Assembly (NCBI GenBank): GCA_964016885.1
Contig: OZ024747.1
Coordinates: 2,604,001 to 2,668,000, forward strand
Length of the DNA: 64,000 nucleotides
Source of the DNA: Eledone cirrhosa
Taxonomy: Eukaryota
Reading direction: 5' to 3'
Part shown: one piece after another, positions 15,148 through 25,356 of the stretch
How positions within the stretch are numbered: the stretch's first letter is position 1
Layout: every line of letters begins with the position of its first letter
Notes under the pieces: model-generated
Database searches by the model: none
What the model saw: only the letters and a program-made list of their open reading frames with translations
Told to the model about the DNA's origin: nothing
Translations under genes and position numbers: made by a program

Positions 15148-15283
15148 TATTGTTAACTTTGCCTTTCATCCTTACAGGGTCGATAAAATAAAGTACCAGT
15201 CATGCACTGGGATCGATTTAATCCCCTAATTTCTGGCCTTGTGCCTAAATCAGAAACCCTTATTATTATTATTATCATTATTA
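15148..15283 (+). mobile_element. SINE family B, 5'-truncated
   Basis: GTTAACTTTGCCTTTCATCCTTAC..GTCGATAAAATAAAGTACCAG plus (ATT)n tail. Confidence 0.8.
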
Positions 15284-15405
15284 TTAAACCCTTGTGGAGT
15301 GTAAACCCTTGTGATGTAAACCCTTGTGGTTAATAAAGAAAACATTATTATTTCATTCTTATTATTATTCTTATTATTATTATTATTTATTATTATTATT
15401 ATTAT

Positions 15406-15720
15406 TAGCATAGTTACGGCCCTTTACAGTCTGAGTTCAAATCCCGCCAAGGTTAACTTTGCCTTTCATCCTTACGGGGTCGATAAAATAAAGTACCAGT
15501 AATGCACTGGGTAATTGCTGGCCTTGTGCCTAAAGTAGAAACAATTATTATTAATAATAATAATTACCCAGCAATTACCCAGTTCATTACTGGTACTTTA
15601 TTTTATCGACCCTGTAAGGATGAAAGGCAAAGTCAACCTCGGCAGGATTTGAACTCAGATCGTAAAGGGACGTAACTATGCTGGAAAGCATGGCGTCCAA
15701 CCCTCTACCGATACTGCCAT
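15406..15720. mobile_element. Tail-to-tail inverted pair of SINE family B copies
   Basis: + copy 15406-15552 followed by - copy ~15568-15719. Confidence 0.9.
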
Positions 15721-16600
15721 AATAGCAACAACAGCATCAATAACAATATCAACACCAACAATAAAAATATTAATATTATTATTATCAATGTTCTGTAGTT
15801 TTCAATAGAGAAACTCTAGGCTAGTTTACATTCCAATATACACAATATAGGCAGACGATTTTCACTTGTAAATTGCATTGCAATGATATATGGAATAAAA
15901 AAATAATAAGCTTCTTTTAGAAGAATAATGCACACATTTAACCAACGAGAATTGAAATGTGTGATGTATTATTTTAATGTATATCATAAAGATATTTTCA
16001 ATTGTGAAATATGCTGTCATTTTTGTAAGCTTTCAAGTCTTTCAAATCAGCTATAAGATTGTTTCCTCATTTTGTTTTTTACTTTTATTTCTTATCTTTT
16101 TAACAAGCACGTTTTCCTAAATTCATTTCCTTTCTCTGCAATTTTCCTATGAAAAGATCTTTTAATGACAACAGAAATGCACATTTCAAAAGCTTACAAA
16201 CAGCATGAGAATGATATGTAGAATTAAGCTTTTTGAATTGCTATAAAGTTTCTTTCTAGCAAAATGGATTGTAATTGTTGCCTTGCTGAATAATAGGAAG
16301 GAAAGTGAAGAAAATGAAAAGACAGAAGCTAATATTTTTATCTTCTATATCCTTCTTATTTTACACTTCCTTCTCTACATTTCCATCTTTGTCCATAATA
16401 AAAAGATAATTTTGTGTTTGGAAATATTTTAGAGGAAACCCATTATTTTCTAGTTGTTTGTATTTACAAAGGCAACATGAGTATAGATTATTATTTATTA
16501 AAACAACCATGATATTTTAGAACTATATTTAATATATGACTTTTCATGTATAGTTGTAGTTTCTCAAAGCACTGATTGAAATGGTTTTAATTTCTTCTAG

Positions 16601-19033
16601 ATGAAAAACTTCCACAAGGTTATGTTGGTACAGCTGTTTTTATGGCTGTTTCTTCTAGAAGCTTCTCATTGTGTAGATCTTATCTACTATGTAGAAGAAG
16701 GAATGTCTCCAGGAACGTACATAGGGGACATAGCTGCTGATACACAGTTTGCTGATAGTTTTCCACACCAAGACAGGAATATGATTACATTCAGTCAGTT
16801 ACATGAAAATCTGAATGGAAACAACCACCTATTTAATGTAACTGAAGCAGGGAATCTTTACACGGCTCAAATCTTGGATACTGAATCTCTATGCAAATAT
16901 AATGCCAAATGTTTCAAAATGGTAGAAGTTGCAGTTCAACATAAGCTGTCATTTTTCAAAATATTAGAAATCAAAGTAGTCATTGAAGATATCAATGACT
17001 ACTACCCAATGTTTCCTAATAAAGAAATCCATCTACAATTCTCAGAAACAGATGGTAAAGGAACAACTAAATCAATCCCAAACGCCGTCGACAGAGATTA
17101 TGGAATATCTAACTCTAAAATTTCTTATCGACTTGATAAAAGTGTAAATGACCCATTTATTTTATCAGTTTCAAAAAAGGTTGATGGAACTTCAAAACTT
17201 GGTATCATTCTAACTGAAAAACTTGACAGGGAGATGAAAAACAACTATTCCATCCGTGTCATTGCAAATGATGGAGGATCTCCTTCAAAACAAGGAATTT
17301 TACAAGTTCTCATAGACATTAAGGATGAAAATGACAATTCGCCAGTTTTTACACAGAATACATACAATATTACAATTAATAACCAACACCAGAAAAATAT
17401 ACCAATTCTTATTTTGTCTGCTAATGATTTAGATTATGGAAAAAATGGCCAAATTACATATCATTTTAGCTCTGAGACTTCAGAACTTGCAAAAACATAT
17501 TTTAAACTAAATGAGCAAACTGGGGAAATTTTCCTATGGGAAAATTTTTCTTTTGAAAGAAGGCAAAAATACAAACTCTTCATTGATGCAACAGATAGTG
17601 GAATTCCACCCTTAAGTTCAACAACAATTGTTCTTGTAAATGTGATCAACCAACAAAATAATGCACCTCAAATAGAAATGAAATTTGTTTCCAAATCTAA
17701 AGGCAACAAAGTGACTATTTCAGAGGGTGTAAAAGTTGGTAGTTTCATAGCTTATGTAAAAGTAACTGATAGTGATAGTGGACACAATGGAGAAGTAACA
17801 TGTAGTCTTCATCATGATAAACTCCAGCTTCAGAGCTTAGGAAAAAATAAATACAAAGTTGTGATAAAAAGTCAAGTAAACAGAGAAACAGAAAGCCATA
17901 TAAACTTTACAATTGCATGTGAAGACCAAGGTTCACCATCTTTAGAAACAACCAAGATGTTTTCAATTCAAGTCACTGACATCAATGACATGCAACCAAA
18001 ATTTATGAAAGACACTTTCAAATTTCTTACCTATGAAAATGAGAAGCCAAATTTTCCAATTGGCTTCATAAAAGTTACTGACCCTGATCTGGGAGCTGGA
18101 GGTCAACTGTCATATTTTTTGTTGAGCAATAAAGGGAACATACTTCCATTTAAGATTTCTAATTTTGGATTTATTTCAACAACACAGTCACTAGATCGAG
18201 AGAAACAAGATATTTATGAATTGCAAGTTATAGTGAAAGACAATGGATCACCATCACTTAACAATACTGCAAAGGTTATTGTAGAAGTCATGGATGAGAA
18301 TGATAATGCCCCTTATTTCACTTTTCCTAGTGTCAACCCTTTCAGACTGGATATTTATTACCAACCCAAAAGTACACATGATATTACGACATTAAGAGCC
18401 TCTGATAGAGATAGCCACGTCAATGCTTTCCTCAGATATGAAATTCATGGGGGTAATGACAAACAGTTGTTCACAGTCAACCCCTATACAGGTGTAATGA
18501 CCTTTTCCCGACCTGTTTATCAAAACGATGCTGGGTCATATGACCTTCAACTTGTTGTGAAAGATGGTGGAATACCTGTCCTCTCAGCTACAACCTATCT
18601 TTCATTGATACTGACTGTTAGTAATAAGACATCAAAAATGTTCACAGCAATAGACACACAGTCAGATGATAAAATACATCTAAACCTTGTCATTATTATT
18701 GTAGTTGCTGCTGTAATAATATCAATAGCTATTGTAGTTTCTATGGCAATTTGTATTATTCATAGAAAAAATCGCCGAAATGTCCAATATCATGGTGGTG
18801 TGAATGATTCTAACAAATTTTTAGATCAAAGAATACAATCAGGTTATGTTTGTGAACAAATATCACCTCAATATGATGCCCCAGTTACTATGGTAACAGA
18901 TCTTGCCAATACAAGAAATTCACAATCAACATTACCAAGACGAGAACCACAGTCAGGTTATGAATCAGGACATAGTTGGAAAGTTTCAAATTCAGGAATA
19001 CATCTCCAAGATATTACAGAATGGACACATCAG
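16601..19033 (+). CDS. Protocadherin, large coding exon: signal peptide, 6 cadherin (EC) repeats, TM helix, start of cytoplasmic tail
   Basis: 811 codons before the donor CAG|GTATGT; linkers DINDYYP, DENDNSP, NQQNNAP, DINDMQP, DENDNAP; LDRE/LDTE motifs; EC1 CKYNAKC; TM LVIIIVVAAVIISIAIVVSMAICII; intronless ectodomain typical of protocadherins. Confidence 0.97.
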
Positions 19034-19719
19034 GTATGTCCTTAAAATAATGATACCACTACATCTGTGCATGGAAGAATGTGACATATAAACAACAAAA
19101 GCTCTAGGCATACATTAAAGAATTCTACAATCAACTAATTTAAAGTTATTTACATAACAGAAGGAAAATTAAAATACCCTTCACCTTTAAGTCGTGCTTT
19201 CATTGACGAACATTTTATTAGAATTTTTCAATAATTCAAAGGAGAAGTTTTTTCTTCTTCTTCTTGTAATGAAAGGTAATTAATTAATTCTTATTTTGAT
19301 ATGAAAACTTAAATTAAAAATAATTAACATTTCTCATTTTCTTAATTCAAATAATACAACTTCAGGACTGCAGGCAGTTAAATGTTTCTAACATTTCAAT
19401 GCATTTCATGTTATAAAGATTTCATATAGTGTTTTGTTATGTGAAGTCATGCTAAGTGATAATAACATCTTATGTAATGCCATGCTGATATCATGTTATG
19501 TGAAATAATATTTTTAGGATGCTATTTTCTAGAGTAGATTTTACTGAAAAGTTAACATGTGTGGAGATGAATTGGAAGTATGATGCTTTATGGTTGTAAA
19601 ACAGAATGCATATGTTAAAGTTATGTACAGACTTTGTAAGAGGGTTACGTTAGTCATTGATACCTTTTACAGTTAATGTGGTGTGGTTGATAAATGGTCC
19701 AAACACAAAGGAGCCAAAC

Positions 19720-19964
19720 TCTCCCTATCTCTCACTATAATGAGCAAATGGGGGGGGGGGGGCACGTGCAGACTGCTCTGTGGCCTCGGTAGACAAAATA
19801 GAGTTGTTTCCTGGGAAGATTGTGAGGGAGACACGTTAGAAGAGCCATTTCAGCTTGCAAGGATCACACCTGTGGGTAGCCAATTCTGTGCCGATAGTGG
19901 TGAGTAGGGAGGTGGTCCTGGGACCAAGGACATCAGAAGTCTCCACTACATGGTATAACTATAG
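19720..19964 (-). mobile_element. Short CRE-like derivative, copy 2
   Basis: Aligns by eye to 9198-9415; ends in CTCCACTACATGGTATAACTATAG. Confidence 0.75.
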
Positions 19965-20516
19965 TTGAAAAAACATTTCCTTCATCTCATCACTGAAATT
20001 TACTCAAATCATGAGCATAATCTGATATATTTATAAAGTATGTCTGTAATGTAGAGAAACAAATGTAGATAAATGATGTTTACTTTTATGAAGACTATGG
20101 TATATGGTGAGGATGATATGACTTATTCCTATTAACAGAAATATTAAAGACACTAACAGGTTAAGGGAAATGGTTATGTTTAAAGAGAGCAACATCTGAA
20201 GGAAAAGACAAGCATGAATTACATAATGGCAATATTCATGATTATATTTCTTAGTTGTATATATGAAGGTATGGGTGATGGATTTTGTAATATGTAATCT
20301 TTCTTAAATGATAATCATTTTTTATCACATATTATCATAACAATTGTGTTAGTTGGTATAATGGCTTCCTGTATGATATGCATGGCAGCCTATTATGCAA
20401 TTGTTTTATTTTTCTTTGTATGATGTTCTCAGATTTTTGTATTCTTATTATGCAATCAGATTTTTGTATTTTGTGAGGTTGTCTTTCTGAAACTTCTCTC
20501 CTTTTCTTCACATGAG

Positions 20517-20661
20517 TCTTCAGTGACATCTGGTGTTGGTAAAAAAGACAATACAGTTACAGTCCCTGAACGTATTAGTGAAATATCTGCAATGTCTTCT
20601 TGTGCTGATAGTGGTCATGGTTTAAGTGAAGGAGATACAGGACACTATGAAGAGCTTCCAG
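20517..20661 (+). CDS. Protocadherin cytoplasmic exon with CM1-like DSGHG motif (acceptor uncertain)
   Basis: Translates SSVTSGVGKKDNTVTVPERISEISAMSSCADSGHGLSEGDTGHYEELP(G); pyrimidine tract upstream; donor CAG|GTATGC at 20661, or read-through GMLN* to 20675. Confidence 0.85.
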
Positions 20662-20701
20662 GTATGCTAAATTAAGAACATTCAGATACACTAACTTTGA
20701 A

Positions 20702-20905
20702 GTGTGCGTGTCCCAAAGCAAATGACTGTAAAAATTGTCAATTGCTATAAATAATTATAAATAATAGAGAAAATCAGGAAAAGTACTCATGCAGACAGAA
20801 AAAGTTAACAGAGATTCTGTCTCCAAGGATACTTCCCCACTTTTCTCAACTATAATTTATAGTGATTACCTATTATTATGATCATTTGTATTAGGATGCA
20901 CACAT
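20702..20905. mobile_element. Degenerate MITE
   Basis: Imperfect TIRs TGTGCGTGTCCCAAAGCAAATGA / TCATTTGTATTAGGATGCACACA. Confidence 0.5.
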
Positions 20906-21189
20906 TTCCAATTTCAAATTTTCCTTCTGCTACCTAAGCCAACCGCTTTATTTACACTTCTAGATGTACCAATATTTCATTTTCATAGCTTAACAATTCT
21001 TAGCCCTGCTTTGTCGGCAATGATTTCACTAAAATAACAAAAGGGACCCTGAATCTAACACTCTAAAAAACAGTATTTCTTAAAAAATAAGATATATTTC
21101 AATTTGCTTGAAACTCCTCAGAAAATTAAAAATTCTATCCTACTTCTAAATTCATCCACTTCTTTCTAGTGACATGATAACACCATTTT

Positions 21190-22440
21190 ATCTCAGGCAG
21201 TCAAACTTTAACTGCCTCTGTTCTTCACTGGATTATTTTGTATCTTTCTCAATGACTCTATTTAATGTCTTGAGAGGTCTTCCGTGTTAGTGTTTCACAT
21301 CAGTGGGCTCCCATAGTAAGGGTTTTGTAGCAGGTTTGTTGGCTCTGATGACATGACCTGCAAGTTAAAGACACCTGATGTGGATGGCTATATATATAAG
21401 GTTGGCGTTAGGACCCAACTTGCTTCTAAATAGGACAAACTCATCTAACCCATGTTAGTGTGGAAGATAGACATTAATCAATAATAATTGTTTCTACTTT
21501 TTGGCACAAGGCCAGCAATTACCCCAGTGTATTACTGGTTCTTTATTTTATCAACCCCGTAAGGATGAAAGGCAAAGTTAACCTCGGCAATGATATATAT
21601 AGCAGGTACCTTGCTTCTCATGACATGGCCTGCAAGTTAAAGACACATGACATGGATGGTATGGCTAATGGGTGGGAGGTTGCTATGGAGAATTTTATTT
21701 GTAACATGGTCAAAAGGTTTGATTTTTTTAATCCTTCTTAGCATTCATGTGTAGCAACCATCTAAAGCTTTGGTGATAGGTATTGTCACCAACTATGATT
21801 CACAGAAATACAGTAAGATTGATCCCAATGTAGATTTGTATTCTATTCAAATAAAAATGACATATTTTTATATTTATCAAAGATATGTAACATATAGCCT
21901 TGATAGAGGAGGTAAACTTGCCTAAGGCTTTCCTTATTGTTGTGGTGGCATTATAATGTTATTTAGTTTACCACAGCAATTCCTATTGTGACAAAATATC
22001 AAGTTATCCTCTTCTAGAGTTACCTACAGATTTTGTTTGCTTTCACAAATTATCTAGTGGAGCTTTTACTTAGAGCATTCTTGCTATAACAGATATAATG
22101 TCTTAAGAGGTTTCTTTCTGCAATCAGTTGCTGAATGCTGATGTATCATTTACATTACTATTAATTGATGAATGAGTTTGGTTGTTCTCAGAAGCTCTCC
22201 GGTGTTCTGTTATCGTAGCACTAATCAAATATTTGTAAGGCTAATTGTATGCTGAGTAGATGGTTTGCTTTTAGTACTTTCATTAATTCTAATGGGAACT
22301 ACAGAATTTCATTGATTCTTATTACTTTTGCAGAAATTCCTCTTTGTTGATATCAATACATTTGGGAGCGAGAACCTGTGATAGAGAGGCCCCTTGATGG
22401 GAGACATGATTAGACTTAAAACTTGGATAGCAGATTGATA
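21190..22440 (-). mobile_element. Decayed LINE (RTE-like RT and C-terminus) with nested SINE B at ~21485-21590 (-)
   Basis: Minus-strand remnants LAGHV, KPLLWEP; inserted GGCCAGCAATTACC..GGATGAAAGGCAAAGTTAACCTCGGC. Confidence 0.55.
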
Positions 22441-22504
22441 TTATAATGACTTTTTTTTAATCTAGATATTATTACAATGAAATACGAATGATAGTAAATA
22501 TGAT

Positions 22505-22987
22505 AGTGGTGGCGGTGGTGGTGGTTGTTGTGGTGGTGGCGGTGGTGGTGGTGGTGGTGGTGGTGGTGGTGGTGGTAGTGGTGGTGGTGGTGGCGGTGGT
22601 TGAGGTGGTGGTGGTGGTTGAGGTGGTGGTGGTGGTGGTGGTGGTGTTGTTGTTGGTGGTGGTGGCAGCAGTGGCGGTGGTGGTGGTCATGGTTGTGGTG
22701 GTGATGGTTGTGATGGTGGTGGTTGTGGTGGTGGTGGTGGTGGTGGTGGTGGCGGCGGTGGTGGTGGCGGTGGTGATGGTGGTTGTGGTGGTGGTGGTGG
22801 TGGTAGTAGTGGTTGTGGTGGTGGTGGTAGTGGTGGTGGTGGTGGTCATGGTTGTGGTGGTGATGGTTGTGATGGTGGTGGTTGTGGTGGTGGTTGTAGT
22901 TGTGGTGGTGGTTGTGTTGGTGGTGGTTGTGTTGATGATGATAGTTACCTTGTGTAACAAATGCATAGTTATGATGATGTTGATGTG

Positions 22988-23053
<66 letters not shown>

Positions 23054-23056
23054 GCA

Positions 23057-23096
<40 letters not shown>

Positions 23097-23115
23097 AACT
23101 ACTACTACTACCACC

Positions 23116-23171
<56 letters not shown>

Positions 23172-23460
23172 CACCACCGCCACTACTACTACTACCACCA
23201 CCACCGCCACTACTACTACTACTACTACCACCACGACCACCACCACCACCACCACCACCACCACCACCACCACCACCACTACCACCACCACCACCACTAC
23301 TACTACCCTCACAACCACCACCACCACTACTACAACTACCCTCATAACTACCACCACCACCACTACTACTACCCTCACAACCACCACCACCACCACCACC
23401 ACTACTACTACCCTCACAACCACCACCACTACTACAACCATCACAACCACTGCCACCACC
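22505..23460. repeat. Bipartite trinucleotide tract: (GGT)n-rich 22505-22930, then (ACT/ACC)n-rich 22988-23460
   Basis: Direct reading. Confidence 0.95.
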
Positions 23461-23565
23461 TCCAGGATTATCTAATATTCTGACATTACAATAAGAATAG
23501 AAAAAGTATTCCAAAAATAATATCTAGCATTGCTGTATTTATCAATATATATACATAAACATAAG

Positions 23566-23606
<41 letters not shown>

Positions 23607-23749
23607 CATATATATATACATAAACATACATATATATATATATACATAAACATAAGTATTATATATATATATATATATATACATACATATATATATATAC
23701 ATAAACATACATATTTATATATACATAAACATATGTATATATATATATA

Positions 23750-23943
23750 TATAGGAACGAGTAGGACCCCAACGGCTGAGCTCAAGCCGTTTCGATGGCT
23801 AATTCTGGACATAGTCCAGAATTAGCCATCGAAACGGCTTGAGCTCAGGTTTCTACTCATTCTTATTACCCAATCTACTAACCTAAGTATTGAGTACTTT
23901 GGTGCGTTATGGTCCATCTGGTTCCTTACCATATTTCCTTCAT

Positions 23944-23945
<2 letters not shown>
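23750..23945. mobile_element. Palindromic short element (family P), flanked by (TA)n
   Basis: Perfect 35-bp arms 23776-23810 and 23814-23848; related copies at 25131-25241 and 35892-36087. Confidence 0.75.
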
Positions 23946-23974
<29 letters not shown>

Positions 23975-24054
23975 GTTATATTTAATTTGTTGGGATACAA
24001 CAAGCAAAATATTTTTATAACTGATATAAAGCACTCAACAAATTATTGGAGTAA

Positions 24055-24306
24055 ATATACAATATATTAACAAATGGAAACTATATCTATAAAACCATAT
24101 TTATTTCATTATACATATTTCAAGGGCCACCAAGGTAAACTATGGTGCGCTTTCATCAGATAAGGGTATGTCAATATTTATTTATAAAACTAACCTATAT
24201 TATATTTTATCTGATGAAAGCGCACCATAGTTTACCTTGGTGGCCCTTGAAATATGTATAATGAAATAAATATGGTTTTATAAATATAGTTTCCATTTGT
24301 TAATAT

Positions 24307-24315
<9 letters not shown>
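24055..24315. mobile_element. Fold-back element, 109-bp inverted arms with a hammerhead-like core (Penelope-like pseudo-LTR remnant)
   Basis: Arms 24055-24163 and 24207-24315 differ at 1 position seen; CTGATGA..CACCA..TGGTG..GAAATATGTA. Confidence 0.7.
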
Positions 24316-24342
<27 letters not shown>

Positions 24343-24369
24343 AACATACATATATATATATATACATAA

Positions 24370-24406
<37 letters not shown>

Positions 24407-24796
24407 AACATATATATATATATAGATATACATAAACATATATATATAGATATACATAAACATATATATATATATATAAACATATATATATATATACATA
24501 AACATATATATACATAAACATATATATATATAGATATACATAAACTTATATATATATATATATATATTTCGTTTCTGAATTTGTTTAGCAAGATTCTTTA
24601 TCTGAAAACGTGTGTTGAAACCGATATTGTTATACTTTGGGAGGGTCATGTTGCCAATAAGAAACACACGCACCAGTTGCTTTCACTTCAATTCATTATA
24701 AATTAAATTTATAAATTTAAGAATTTAAGAATTTATAAATTTCCAGTTGGTTGGTTGGTTGGTTGGTTCCACAACCGGACGGTTGTTCATATATTC

Positions 24797-24837
24797 TCAA
24801 AGTTCTTTCGTCACACATTCTGTGACTTCTTCAGTGA
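24797..24837 (-). ncRNA. Minimal hammerhead ribozyme candidate
   Basis: Minus strand: TCA-CTGAAGA-A-GTCACA-GAATG-TGTGAC-GAAA-GAAC-TT-TGA (3-bp stem I, perfect 6-bp stem II). Confidence 0.6.
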
Positions 24838-24949
24838 CTGAGGATTTTTTTCTTTGTTTTTGTGCCTCTCCTTTGTTCTGTCCTACGCCATCATGTTTTT
24901 TTGTGTATATATATAAACATAAACATATATATATACATAGATATACATA

Positions 24950-24984
<35 letters not shown>

Positions 24985-25130
24985 ATAAACATATATATAT
25001 ATATATACATAGACACAGGAATACACATAGAAGCAAATAATTTGTACATAAACTCTCGTAATTCAAACATATGCAGTGATATCTATATATCCATACCAAT
25101 TATCGATTATAGACACAGGCATATATATAT

Positions 25131-25241
25131 ATAGGAAAACGTTCAGGACTCCGACGGCAGAGCTCGAGCCGTTTCGACGGCTATTTCTGGTCTCCTATTA
25201 CCCACTCTACTACCCTAAGTATTGAGTACTCTGGTGCGTTA
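25131..25241. mobile_element. Family P element, single-arm copy
   Basis: GACGGCAGAGCTCGAGCCGTTTCGACGGCTATTTCTGG..CCCACTCTACTACCCTAAGTATTGAGTACTCTGGTGCGTT. Confidence 0.7.
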
Positions 25242-25356
25242 ACCTCAGTGTCATACAGAGGTACTAAATTCTGTATCAATTAAGTCTACCAACAAAATAG
25301 AGTCAGGTAAAATACCATAAAGTACCTCATCCTTCATTAACAGTTCTACCTGTCCA

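Noticed and set aside
19034-19045. ORF-track C-terminus VCP* as the true protocadherin end
   Set aside because: A consensus donor at 19033 and a conserved DSGHG exon downstream indicate splicing; kept only as a possible isoform.
19366-19378. Micro-exon after TTCAG that might fix the phase conflict
   Set aside because: No good GT donor giving a 3n+1 length.
22472-23514. Poly-T, -V, -P and -G ORFs resembling mucin or extensin
   Set aside because: Trinucleotide tracts open in most frames, with no splice context or unique sequence.
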